Below, in pieces: positions 1-9,013 of a stretch of 64,000 nt of DNA. The notes beneath the pieces are model-generated. The model was given only the letters and a program-made list of their open reading frames with translations. It ran no database searches and had not been told where the DNA came from. Origin of the DNA: Rickettsiales bacterium (lineage in GTDB: Bacteria; Pseudomonadota; Alphaproteobacteria; Methylaequorales; Methylaequoraceae); assembly GCA_002691145.1 (NCBI GenBank), contig NZHE01000026.1, positions 15,678-79,677 on the forward strand. The letters run 5' to 3'. Every line of letters begins with the position of its first letter. Within the stretch, counting starts at the first letter, position 1. The position numbers were made by a program, and so were the translations under genes.

Positions 1-1331
1 CCTTTAACCATCTCCTCTTTATTAAGATTACGACCAATAAAGACAAGTTGGTTTTTTCTTGGCAAACTTCCCCATGGACGGTCAGGTTTGCCATCAAAAA
101 GCATGTGAACTCCCTGGAATACAAATCTATCTGATTCTCCGGCAATACTCAGAAATCCTTTCATACGGAAAATATCTATGCCTTTTTCACCAAGTAATTT
201 TGAAAGCCAAGCCTGTAATTTATTTTGATCTAAGTCACCGTCCTTTTCAATGGAAATAGATCCAACCTCATCGTCATGTTCATGTTGCGCAATCCAAGTT
301 CTTTGTTCAACAACTGGTATTTCGGCATTATTTTCTGCTTGAATTAGCTTCATATCAAATTCTTCAGCAGTATGCTGAGCAAAAAGTCCAATATGCATTT
401 CCTTTTCAATATCTATATAAAAAACTTTTTGTCCAGGTAATTCAAGCTTTAAATTGACATGTTTTCCCTTTGGAATAATTTCTTCAGGGTTGATGATTTC
501 TGGCTCCTCTGCATACAAGCGAACGCATTGTTCTGCACTGTTTCTAAGATCAGCATCATGGTTACCTTGTTCAATTCCAATAACTAGAGACATTGTCGGG
601 TCAGGTCCTTCGGAAAGGACTAGTTTGTATTTTCCAGGCAATGTTTTGTAAACACCTGTCCATTCAAATGGATACTCTGGCTCTAGAAATGTAGGTCGAC
701 GTTTAAGTACTTGGTCTAAATTAAAAGCACTTTTATCAAGAACAGAATTGATGGGAACGTTAGCCATCTCACTTCTAATAAATTTAGCCATTTTATTCAT
801 TTCACGTAAACGAACCTCAAGTTTATCTACCTCATCGTTAATAACTAAATCAGTTTTATTTAAGACAACAACATCTGCAAAAGCTATCTGCTCAGTGCTC
901 TCGTCACTTCTACCAAGTTGTTGTTTAATATGGTATGTATCAACTAATGTAATAATTCCATCAAGAGCAAATTCAGAACTGATTTCATCATCCATGAAAA
1001 AAGTCTGGGCTACAGGGCCTGGATCAGCAAGACCAGTAGTCTCTACAATTACATAATCAAATTTATCACGTCTTTTCATGAGATTTCCAAGAACCCTAAT
1101 TAAATCACCACGAACCGTGCAACAAATACAGCCATTGGCCATCTCAAATATTTCTTCCTCTGCATTGATAACCAAAGCCTGATCAATTCCAACTTCACCG
1201 TATTCATTTTCAATCACAGCTATACGCTTGCCGTGCTTCTCACTAAGTATACGATTTAATAAAGTTGTTTTACCTGAACCTAAAAAGCCGGTTAAAATGG
1301 TTACAGGGATCTTTGTTGATGAATTGTTCAT
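1..1331 (-). CDS. COG0523/CobW-family metallochaperone GTPase (3' end runs off the window)
   Basis: Not in the ORF track. Manual translation from ATG 1331: MNNSSTKIPVTILTGFLGSGKTTLLN...ENEYGEVGID...GCICCTVRGDL...VETTGLADP...NKTD...FRMKG...FQGVH...LVFIGRNL, giving Walker A, CxCC and CobW_C motifs. Confidence 0.95.
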   Translation of the reverse strand, partial: MNNSSTKIPVTILTGFLGSGKTTLLNRILSEKHGKRIAVIENEYGEVGIDQALVINAEEEIFEMANGCICCTVRGDLIRVLGNLMKRRDKFDYVIVETTGLADPGPVAQTFFMDDEISSEFALDGIITLVDTYHIKQQLGRSDESTEQIAFADVVVLNKTDLVINDEVDKLEVRLREMNKMAKFIRSEMANVPINSVLDKSAFNLDQVLKRRPTFLEPEYPFEWTGVYKTLPGKYKLVLSEGPDPTMSLVIGIEQGNHDADLRNSAEQCVRLYAEEPEIINPEEIIPKGKHVNLKLELPGQKVFYIDIEKEMHIGLFAQHTAEEFDMKLIQAENNAEIPVVEQRTWIAQHEHDDEVGSISIEKDGDLDQNKLQAWLSKLLGEKGIDIFRMKGFLSIAGESDRFVFQGVHMLFDGKPDRPWGSLPRKNQLVFIGRNLNKEEMVK

Positions 1332-1385
1332 TTGGTTCTCCGTTAAAATTTTGCAATAAATATACTTAGTATTTAATTTATAATA

Positions 1386-1583
1386 TTAAAGGTTAGGTAA
1401 AGTATGATCATCTATAATGGTCATCCTTCTCTTTAAATCCTTTAATAAAAGGCGTATTTTTGCATAAGGCTTCATTTTTTTCCACTCTTTACACTCGTCT
1501 AATGTTCGGCCACAACCGATGCACCAATTATTTTTTGCAGTAAACTTACATATATCAATACATGGACTTTTAATTTGTTTCAT
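1386..1583 (-). CDS. DUF1289-family small Cys-rich protein
   Basis: SPCIDIC...WCIGCGRTLDECKEW motif; co-oriented directly upstream of the COG0523 gene. Confidence 0.85.
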   Translation of the reverse strand: MKQIKSPCIDICKFTAKNNWCIGCGRTLDECKEWKKMKPYAKIRLLLKDLKRRMTIIDDHTLPNL

Positions 1584-1617
1584 TAATTAAATTCTTTAAA
1601 TAACTTTTGTATTGTTA

Positions 1618-1632
1618 TGTTATATTTTAACG
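1618..1632. promoter_or_regulatory. Putative Zur box
   Basis: TGTTATATTTTAACG, 2 mismatches to the TGTTATATTATAACA boxes at 10498 and 10523; lies between the divergent DUF1289/COG0523 and 1701 genes. Confidence 0.6.
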
Positions 1633-1700
1633 GTTAAAACAACAATTGATTAAAGTTTATAAAATAAATTTTAAATAACATCATTAATTAGGGTAAAAAA

Positions 1701-2057
1701 ATGGATTTAATTTTAGAGAATATTTTTGATCAAACTACTGGAAATTACAAAGGACTCATCTTTGGGTTTGTTCATGTTGCAATTATGATAATTGGTTATT
1801 ATACAGGTTTTAGTATAAATCGTTTTCTAAAATTGCTTTCCAACGGCTATGTTGCGGGTATCTTTGGAGCAGCTTTATCTCATATTTTTGCTGATATTAT
1901 TGCATGTTATCTTGATCCGGATTTAAGGAAAATGATTTTTGGAGTTGTCATTGGCGGTATAATTCCTCTTTTCTTCATACCAATCTTTGAAAGATTTGTA
2001 GTTAAAAGTAAAGATACTTTCTTAGATGAGACAAAAGAGGAAACAAAAAAAAGCTAA
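1701..2057 (+). CDS. Small ~3-TM membrane protein, possibly TMEM65/VIT1-like
   Basis: Gly-rich hydrophobic helices with intramembrane His (FGFVHVAIMI, GAALSHIFAD). Confidence 0.55.
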   Translation: MDLILENIFDQTTGNYKGLIFGFVHVAIMIIGYYTGFSINRFLKLLSNGYVAGIFGAALSHIFADIIACYLDPDLRKMIFGVVIGGIIPLFFIPIFERFVVKSKDTFLDETKEETKKS

Positions 2058-2162
2058 AAATTGAGAACTTCATAAATTTTTTGATGCTTTTATTCAAATG
2101 AAATTTTTTATAATAGTAGTGAAGTAAAGCTATCTAATATAAATTTTTGGTTTTATGAAAAT

Positions 2163-3779
2163 ATGAATTTAGAAAATCTTGATTGGTTAATTATAAGCGG
2201 ATATTTGATTTTTCTAATATTATTGTCTTTTAAATTATCAAAAAATCAAAAAAATTCAAAAGATTATTTTATTGCATCAAGAAAACAAAACTCAAAGAGT
2301 TTAGCAGTATCTATTTTAGCTACTCAATGTTCAACAAATAGTATTTTAGGGGCGCCAGCATTTGTGGCTTTCTCAATTGGTGGAGGATTGAGTTGGCTTC
2401 AGTATGAATTGGCAGTACCTTTATCGATGATTGCTATTATGATTTTCTTGTTCCCGATTTTTTATAAACTAAAGCTTATTTCAATATACGAATTTCTGGA
2501 AAAAAGATTTGATCTTAAAACTAAATTATTAATGAGTATGTTATTTCTTTTTATTCGTGTTTTTGCAACAGGCGTCATTGTTTATAGCGTATCCATAATC
2601 GTAGAGCTCATTTCAGGTTTAAGCTTTATTTATTCGGTTTTAATTTTAGGTATGATAACGATTATTTATGACGTCCTGGGTGGTATAAAAGCCATTATTT
2701 ACAGTGATATAATTCAAATGATAATTTTGACCTCAGTACTCTCTGGGATATTTCTTTATTTAATTAATATTTTTGGTGGATTTAGCTCAATGTTTGATTT
2801 TTTTCCTGCAGAAAGAAATATTAAAATTAATTTTTCTGATCATGGCTTTGGTGATGGAAATGAATTTGCTTTTTGGCCAATGCTCATAGGTGGTTTTTTT
2901 TTATATGTTTCTTATTACGGCTGTGATCAGAGTCAAATGCAAAAAGGGTTATGCGCTAAAAATCAAAATGAAGGTCAAAAAGTTTTTTTTTTAAATGGAA
3001 TTTTGAGATTTCCAATTGTACTTCTTTATTGCTTTATTGGAGTTGGCATAGGTTCTTATGCTGTTTTAGATTCAAGCTTTATTTCTAGTCTTCCTTTACA
3101 AAATGGAAAACCAAATTTTAATTTAGCAGTACCGGTTTTTCTTATGGAAAATTTACCAACGGGAATCTTAGGATTAACGCTTGTAGCTTTATTTTCTGCT
3201 GCAATGTCATCTTTAGATTCTGTACTCAATAGTTTGTCGGCAGTAACAATTGAGGATTTTATTAAAAGAAAAAAGGGTTTTAGTAGTTATTCAGAAAGAA
3301 AAATTCTTTTTATTTCCAGAGCTGTTACATTATTTTGGGGTATGTTAGCTATCGTTTTGGCTTTTTATGTTGAAAATGTTTCAAATAATGTGCTTATTGC
3401 TATTAATAAAATTGGTTCTCTAATTAATGGACCAATAGTTGGTGTTTTTTTATTAGGTATATTTACAAAAAAAATTAACGGTACAAGTGCCTGCATAGGA
3501 GTTGTAGGAGGATTCATATGTAATCTTTATTTTTGGATTTATGTTGAGAGTGTATCTTGGCTTTGGTGGAATGTAATAGGTTTAATCGTTACATTTAAGA
3601 TTGCAGTAATTTATTATTATTTTTTTTGTGGTAAAAAACTTTGCAATAATAATGTATGGTCATTAAATTCATTTAAGAAATTGGGCTTTAATAGTGAATG
3701 GGAAGTTAGGTATATTATTTTATTTGTTTGGTTTATCCTTATATTTATTTTAATTTATAGTCTCAAAAATATTTTTTAA
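2163..3779 (+). CDS. Sodium:solute symporter (SSF) family transporter
   Basis: DYFIASR, SIYEFLEKRFD, GGIKAIIYSDIIQ and AAMSSLDSVLNSLS motifs; about 13 TM segments. Confidence 0.93.
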   Translation: MNLENLDWLIISGYLIFLILLSFKLSKNQKNSKDYFIASRKQNSKSLAVSILATQCSTNSILGAPAFVAFSIGGGLSWLQYELAVPLSMIAIMIFLFPIFYKLKLISIYEFLEKRFDLKTKLLMSMLFLFIRVFATGVIVYSVSIIVELISGLSFIYSVLILGMITIIYDVLGGIKAIIYSDIIQMIILTSVLSGIFLYLINIFGGFSSMFDFFPAERNIKINFSDHGFGDGNEFAFWPMLIGGFFLYVSYYGCDQSQMQKGLCAKNQNEGQKVFFLNGILRFPIVLLYCFIGVGIGSYAVLDSSFISSLPLQNGKPNFNLAVPVFLMENLPTGILGLTLVALFSAAMSSLDSVLNSLSAVTIEDFIKRKKGFSSYSERKILFISRAVTLFWGMLAIVLAFYVENVSNNVLIAINKIGSLINGPIVGVFLLGIFTKKINGTSACIGVVGGFICNLYFWIYVESVSWLWWNVIGLIVTFKIAVIYYYFFCGKKLCNNNVWSLNSFKKLGFNSEWEVRYIILFVWFILIFILIYSLKNIF

Positions 3780-4311
3780 ATTATTGTTTTTAAATATTTT
3801 TTTTGTAGTTATTTTAATAAAATTAAAAGATATTAGATTTCGCATGTTTTAAACATCTGTAACAAAAAATTTTTAAAATAGTATTTTTGATGCTACGTAA
3901 AATTTAGTAAAAAAGAGGAAATTATAATATAATTTGTGTCGATAATGTTAAAAATATTGCAATGAGTTCCTATGCTCTTTGGAATGGTAGTGATGTTTCC
4001 AAGTTGAAATAAAGCAAGTTTCTTCACAAATAAAGATTATTAGATAGATCTAAAAATTATAGATAACAAAAAAAAAATAATTTAAGAATATATATATATA
4101 TTTTAAAAATTTAAGGTTTAGTGTATCTAATTTAAATTTTTATTTAAAATCTTTACTTCTTAAGTACAAAAAAATTAATTGAATAAATTAATAGTGATTC
4201 AAAATCAAAAAAATATTTAACTTAATTAATATAAAATGAATATAGCTGTCAGACTTTTTTAACTTTGGTGTGTTAAATAATATATAATTTTAATTTTTTA
4301 AAGGACAAAAA

Positions 4312-4389
4312 ATGGCTTGGACAAAACCAATAATTTCTGAAATCTCTGTAGGTCTTGAAATCAATTCTTATGCTTGCGCTGAGAAGTAA
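4312..4389 (+). CDS. pqqA: Pyrroloquinoline quinone precursor peptide PqqA
   Basis: 25-aa ORF MAWTKPIISEISVGLEINSYACAEK with WxKP and the ExxxY (EINSY) motif; AAGGA RBS at 4301-4305; followed by a terminator. Confidence 0.9.
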   Translation: MAWTKPIISEISVGLEINSYACAEK

Positions 4390-4416
4390 CTTCAAACTGT
4401 AAATCAATTTCTTTTG

Positions 4417-4448
4417 AAAAGCCTGACCAAGTAGTCAGGCTTTTTTTT
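4417..4448. terminator. Intrinsic terminator, probably bidirectional
   Basis: AAAAGCCTGAC-CAAGTA-GTCAGGCTTTTTTTT hairpin between convergent pqqA and cobS. Confidence 0.88.
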
Positions 4449-4466
4449 GTCTGAAGTAATTTATTT

Positions 4467-5243
4467 TTAAATTCCAATTACCACTGTATTACCGATTAGA
4501 AATGTGAGTTCTGTAAGAAAAGCAATTGCTCCTAAAATATCACCTGTAATACCTCCCAAAACTTTTTTTGCCTTTATTCCTAAAATTAAAATGACTGATA
4601 TTGTGAAAATAATTCCAAAAAAAACACCTAAAAATGGAAATATTAATAAAGTTGGTAAAGCCCATATTAAACATGCGCAAACTAATTGTTTATGTGAAAC
4701 TTTACCAACTATACTGCCTATTTTCGCAAATTTTGAATGCTTAAAAAAATTTCTTGTAAATATTATTGCTAACTTTCCTGAAGCAAATGCTATTGACAAA
4801 ATCGACACCAAAGAATACCCACTTTCTACCAAAGCTTGAATTAAAGCAAGTCTAAAAAGTAATCCTAAAATTATTGCTACCACTCCATAAGTTCCTAAAC
4901 GACTATCATGTATAATTTTATTTATTTTTTCTGGAGAACCGCCAGCACCTAAACCATCAGCTGAATCTGCCAAGCCATCCTCATGAAAAGCTCCAGTTAA
5001 AAGTACGCTTATAGTTATAGAAATCACACAAGATAAAAATATAGACTGTTCTAAATAAATAAACAAATCACCAATTAATCCTGCTATTAATCCTATTAAT
5101 AGACCTACCAGTGGAAATGACCACGCTGCTTGTGTAAGATCTGGTGGTTTATTCGAAAAATAAGACCAATTAACTGGTATTCTGGTAAAAAACATAACAG
5201 ATGCTATAATGTCTAATAAGTATTTATTTTTTAACAATAACAT
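4467..5243 (-). CDS. cobS: Adenosylcobinamide-GDP ribazoletransferase (cobalamin synthase)
   Basis: FFTRIPV, TGAFHEDGLADSADG, DSRLGTYG and GGITGDILGA motifs. Confidence 0.95.
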   Translation of the reverse strand: MLLLKNKYLLDIIASVMFFTRIPVNWSYFSNKPPDLTQAAWSFPLVGLLIGLIAGLIGDLFIYLEQSIFLSCVISITISVLLTGAFHEDGLADSADGLGAGGSPEKINKIIHDSRLGTYGVVAIILGLLFRLALIQALVESGYSLVSILSIAFASGKLAIIFTRNFFKHSKFAKIGSIVGKVSHKQLVCACLIWALPTLLIFPFLGVFFGIIFTISVILILGIKAKKVLGGITGDILGAIAFLTELTFLIGNTVVIGI

Positions 5244-5248
5244 CGAGT

Positions 5249-6265
5249 TTACTTTTTTTTACTAATTCCAGCCTGAGAAAAAGTAGCCATTTTATTATGA
5301 GTAACTAACGCAGCCTTAATTACAAGGGCAGCTAATGCTCCACCACTGCCCTCCCCTAATCTCATGTTTAAATCAAGAATAGGTTTTTTGTTTAAATAGG
5401 AAATAATACCTTTATGACCCGGTTCTGATGATAAATGAGAAATTAGACAGTGTTGAAGTATATTTTTTTCAAAAAGTGTTAATGTCGCTGCAGATACAGT
5501 TGATATAAAACCATCTAGCAAAACAGGAATACCCATTAATCTTGCCGCAATAACTGAACCAGCAATGGCTGCCATTTCTCTACCTCCAAATGCAGATAAT
5601 ATCTCAAATGCATTATCAAATTGCTTTCCATGTAATTCAAGACCTTTTTTTATAACTGATATCTTTTTTTTTAGTTTTTTTTCTGACACACCAGTACCAA
5701 ATCCAGTCCATTTTTCTACTGATTCATCGAAAAGTGCACAAGATATTGCTGTTGCTGATGTTGTGTTAGATATACCCATTTCACCGAGTATTAATAAATC
5801 ACATTTCTCTGGCACAGAATTAAATCCTATTTGCAAAGCTGATAAGGTTTCCTTTTCATCCATTGCTTTTTCCTCTGAAAAATCTTTTGTTGGGTTGTCA
5901 AGTTCTAAGGGAATTACCGACAAATCAATATTTGCCAAATCACATAACTGATTAATTGCCGCCCCTCCACTTTTAAAATTTTTTACCATTTGCTCTGTTA
6001 CCTCCGCAGAATAAGCTGATACATTTTTTTTTGCTACACCGTGGTTAGAAGCAAAAACTAGACACTTAAAATTATCTATATTGGGTTTTTTTTTCCTTTG
6101 CCATCCAGCCATCCATATAGCATACTCTTCCAGGTCGCCTAAACTTCCATTTGGTTTAGTTAAATTATCTTGGTGTTTTCTAGCTAGATTGGCATAATCT
6201 TCATCAAAATTTTTTAAAGGAATTTTTCCTTCTAAAAATTCTATAATGTTACTTTTATTAGCCAT
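5249..6265 (-). CDS. cobT: Nicotinate-nucleotide--dimethylbenzimidazole phosphoribosyltransferase
   Basis: LTKPNGSLGDLE, GEMGISNTT, HLSSEPGH and MRLGEGSG motifs. Confidence 0.95.
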   Translation of the reverse strand: MANKSNIIEFLEGKIPLKNFDEDYANLARKHQDNLTKPNGSLGDLEEYAIWMAGWQRKKKPNIDNFKCLVFASNHGVAKKNVSAYSAEVTEQMVKNFKSGGAAINQLCDLANIDLSVIPLELDNPTKDFSEEKAMDEKETLSALQIGFNSVPEKCDLLILGEMGISNTTSATAISCALFDESVEKWTGFGTGVSEKKLKKKISVIKKGLELHGKQFDNAFEILSAFGGREMAAIAGSVIAARLMGIPVLLDGFISTVSAATLTLFEKNILQHCLISHLSSEPGHKGIISYLNKKPILDLNMRLGEGSGGALAALVIKAALVTHNKMATFSQAGISKKK

Positions 6266-6482
6266 TTTAAAGTTTTCAATTATGAAGTTTCTTTTGCAAA
6301 GATCCTTTCACAAAATTTTAACATGATTTAATACTTAAAAGATAAGTTTATGAGCCAAAAATTTGTAAATACAACTTTTTAAAATAATAATACTAACTTC
6401 TAATTTCTAAGAAGACCATATTTTAGTTATTTGTATAAAAAAAATCTTAATTTTTAAAATATTTGAATATTAAATGAATAAA

Positions 6483-6534
6483 AATCTACTTTTAAAAACT
6501 GATTATTTAGAATGAAAAATTTTAAAAGTAGATT
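6483..6534. repeat. 15-bp perfect inverted repeat with a 22-nt spacer
   Basis: AATCTACTTTTAAAA (6483-6497) and TTTTAAAAGTAGATT (6520-6534) in the divergent cobT/GST intergenic region. Confidence 0.7.
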
Positions 6535-6697
6535 CTATTAGGCATTAACTTTAAGCAGTACAAGTATTAGTTTATCTTATTCTAAAAAATAATTAAATTA
6601 AAGCTACAATTTTTTTTGAAATTAAATATAATAAATTCATATATTTACGGATTTTTTCTTTTAATAAGCGTTAGTTAATAATTGATATAAAAAAATC

Positions 6698-7627
6698 ATG
6701 GGCAAACTTGTAGATGGAAAGTGGATTACTAGTTCTGTGATAAATTCAGATATAAATGGTAATTATGATCGACTCCCAAGAACTTTCCTAAACTCTATTT
6801 CAGAAAAAAATAATAAATATAAACCTGAGACACAAAGATATCATTTATACGTCAGTTATGCTTGTCCTTGGGCTACTCGAACCCTTATTTATCGAAAATT
6901 AAAACAACTGGAAGAACACATAAGTGTAAGCGTGGTTCACCCAGATATGCTAGATAATGGTTGGATCTTTGATGAAACCTTTTTAGATTCAACCAAAGAT
7001 CATTTATATAATTTTAAATACCTCAAAGATTTATATTTAAAAGCAGATTCAAAAATAACAACAAGTGTAACAGTTCCTATACTTTGGGATAAAAAGACGG
7101 AAACAATTGTAAATAATGAGTCTTCTCAAATTATTCGTATATTTAATTCATCATTTAATAAATTAACAAATAATTATGATGACTATTATCCATTTGATAA
7201 AAAAAAAAAGATCGATCAGCTGAATAAAGAGATATATGAAAATGTTAACAACGGAGTTTATAAAAGTGGTTTTGCTGTAACTCAACAAGCTTATGATAAA
7301 GCAGTTACTAATTTATTCAAAACACTCGAAAAACTTGAAAAAATTCTTGAAAATTCAACTTATTTAATAGGTGATAAAATTTCTGAGGCTGATCTAAGAC
7401 TGGTTCCAACACTATTGAGATTTGATGTTGTTTACGTTTCACATTTTAGATGTAATATTAAACGTATAATTGATTTTAAAAACTTACATCGTTACATGCA
7501 GGAAATGCTTAAAATAAAAGCTGTTAAAGAAACATTTAAAATAAAACATATCAAAAGGCATTATTACTTCAGTCATAAAGAATTAAATCCATTAAGAATT
7601 ATACCCAAAGGACCTGAATTTTATTAA
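6698..7627 (+). CDS. Glutathionyl-hydroquinone reductase (YqjG/ECM4-type GST)
   Basis: RYHLYVSYACPWA, TVPILWDKK, IVNNESS, NNGVYKSGFA and IKRHYYFSH motifs. Confidence 0.93.
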   Translation: MGKLVDGKWITSSVINSDINGNYDRLPRTFLNSISEKNNKYKPETQRYHLYVSYACPWATRTLIYRKLKQLEEHISVSVVHPDMLDNGWIFDETFLDSTKDHLYNFKYLKDLYLKADSKITTSVTVPILWDKKTETIVNNESSQIIRIFNSSFNKLTNNYDDYYPFDKKKKIDQLNKEIYENVNNGVYKSGFAVTQQAYDKAVTNLFKTLEKLEKILENSTYLIGDKISEADLRLVPTLLRFDVVYVSHFRCNIKRIIDFKNLHRYMQEMLKIKAVKETFKIKHIKRHYYFSHKELNPLRIIPKGPEFY

Positions 7628-7685
7628 AATTTTGTTAATTTTGAATTAAAGAAAAAATAATTGAAAAAAATAAACTAAAGTATAA

Positions 7686-7700
7686 TGTTATAATATAACA
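7686..7700. promoter_or_regulatory. Zur box
   Basis: Perfect 7-1-7 palindrome TGTTATA-A-TATAACA 7 nt before the DUF1826 start; matches the proteobacterial Zur consensus core. Confidence 0.85.
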
Positions 7701-7707
7701 ATACATT

Positions 7708-8334
7708 ATGAATTATTTTAACACTAAAATTAATAGAAAAGTATTAGAATTTAAAAACGAAATTCAAAATTTAAAAATAATTGAAAGAGATATCCCACTT
7801 AATTCAGCAATATTTTTCGAAGAGTTATGTGAATCACTTCCTACAATTAAAGGTTTAGTAGATTACTCTAATGCGGAAAATAATATTCTTCAGCTTTTTG
7901 AAGATAAGGTAAGTATTAAAATTAAGAAAAATCCTTTCTTTAATCTATGGATTAAAGATATGAGTAAATTATGTCAGTTATTTTCTAAACTTTTAGAGGA
8001 AAATACAGTTTTTTTTTGCATTGGAACAAAAAGAGGTTGCAAGCGTTACCATGTAGACATGGTGCCATTCAGATTATTAGTAACTTATGCCGGACAAGGT
8101 ACTGAATTATTACCTAATCATGCAGCAGATCGTGAAGCATTTTTTAAGGGTAAATCTAATAAATTTATTGTTAAGGACAAATCAAAAATCAAACATATTA
8201 AAAATTGGGATATTGCTTTATTTCGGGGAGGAAAAAAAGGTATACTGCACAGAACCCCACATTCAGCATTAAAAAATAGAACATCAATTTTAATGAAAAT
8301 TGACTCCTCATCTTTTTTAGAGCAAATGATCTAG
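7708..8334 (+). CDS. DUF1826-family protein
   Basis: CKRYHVDMVPFRLLVTYAGQGTE and ILHRTP motifs (HxD...H triad). Confidence 0.85.
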   Translation: MNYFNTKINRKVLEFKNEIQNLKIIERDIPLNSAIFFEELCESLPTIKGLVDYSNAENNILQLFEDKVSIKIKKNPFFNLWIKDMSKLCQLFSKLLEENTVFFCIGTKRGCKRYHVDMVPFRLLVTYAGQGTELLPNHAADREAFFKGKSNKFIVKDKSKIKHIKNWDIALFRGGKKGILHRTPHSALKNRTSILMKIDSSSFLEQMI

Positions 8335-8469
8335 ATTAATAACGAGTAATATAATATATTATTAAATCTTATTTATACAATTTTTCTTTTTTATTATTCA
8401 AGTTATTCTAGTTGTTATCATAAAAAAAATATTCTAATATAAACTCGTAATAATGAGCTAGAGCAATAC

Positions 8470-8559
8470 ATGAATACATTTGATTTGGTAAAAAAGGGTT
8501 TCTGGTTTTTGCTTATTCTAGTCATTGTACTATTCCTGATTGCTAGTATTTTTTTTTAG
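8470..8559 (+). CDS. Putative 29-aa single-TM microprotein
   Basis: MNTFDLVKKGFWFLLILVIVLFLIASIFF: basic N-terminus followed by one hydrophobic helix; fills an otherwise empty intergenic gap. Confidence 0.45.
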   Translation: MNTFDLVKKGFWFLLILVIVLFLIASIFF

Positions 8560-8629
8560 TTTTGTAGCAATAATCTGTAGATCAAATATTCTATACTTAA
8601 ATTAATTACTGTAAATCAAAAATCATCTA

Positions 8630-9013
8630 CTAAAAAAAAATATCATCAGCTAAAAAAGAAAAGAAAAATCCGACTAAGTAAATAACTGACGAAACAATAA
8701 TAATTTTCAAATTTATAATTTTTAGCCTGTTGCAGATCTTTGCTTGCTTAATATTAAATGGACAAGGTGCATTCTTAAATCGCCAAAATAAATAAATAGT
8801 AATTATTAATAAAAGTCCTGCTACAGCAAACACCTGAACTTTGTATTTAGATATAATAATCAACCATGGAAATATTGATATAAAACTTGCTAACACAGCA
8901 CCCATTCCAATAACAACAAGTAGGGATGGAATAGCACAACAAATTAAAGTACTAAAACTTGTGAATAAACTCAATACGGGTACAAGCATTTGTTTATATC
9001 TACTAATTCTCAC
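8630..9013 (-). CDS. MerT-like 3-TM heavy-metal permease
   Basis: Cys-Cys in TM1 (TLICCAIP) and a second Cys pair in the loop (APCP...KICN), as in MerT. Confidence 0.75.
   Translation of the reverse strand: MRISRYKQMLVPVLSLFTSFSTLICCAIPSLLVVIGMGAVLASFISIFPWLIIISKYKVQVFAVAGLLLIITIYLFWRFKNAPCPFNIKQAKICNRLKIINLKIIIVSSVIYLVGFFFSFLADDIFF

Noticed and set aside
59-1056. Plus-strand ORFs 59-259, 454-651 and 748-1056
   Set aside because: Antisense shadows of the COG0523 gene. The same applies to most short ORFs lying opposite cobS, cobT, secD, mfd, gyrA and tolC.
3780-4311. Long intergenic region with a His/Cys-containing minus-strand reading (ICEETCFISTWKHHYHSKEH) and an (AT)n run
   Set aside because: The frame has no start codon and is bounded by stops; no convincing RNA structure. 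At most a decayed remnant.
6266-6697. Cobalamin riboswitch upstream of cobT, or CRISPR-like repeat (TCTACT...GTAGAT)
   Set aside because: No B12-box or GC-rich stems; only a single inverted repeat, with no array and no cas genes.
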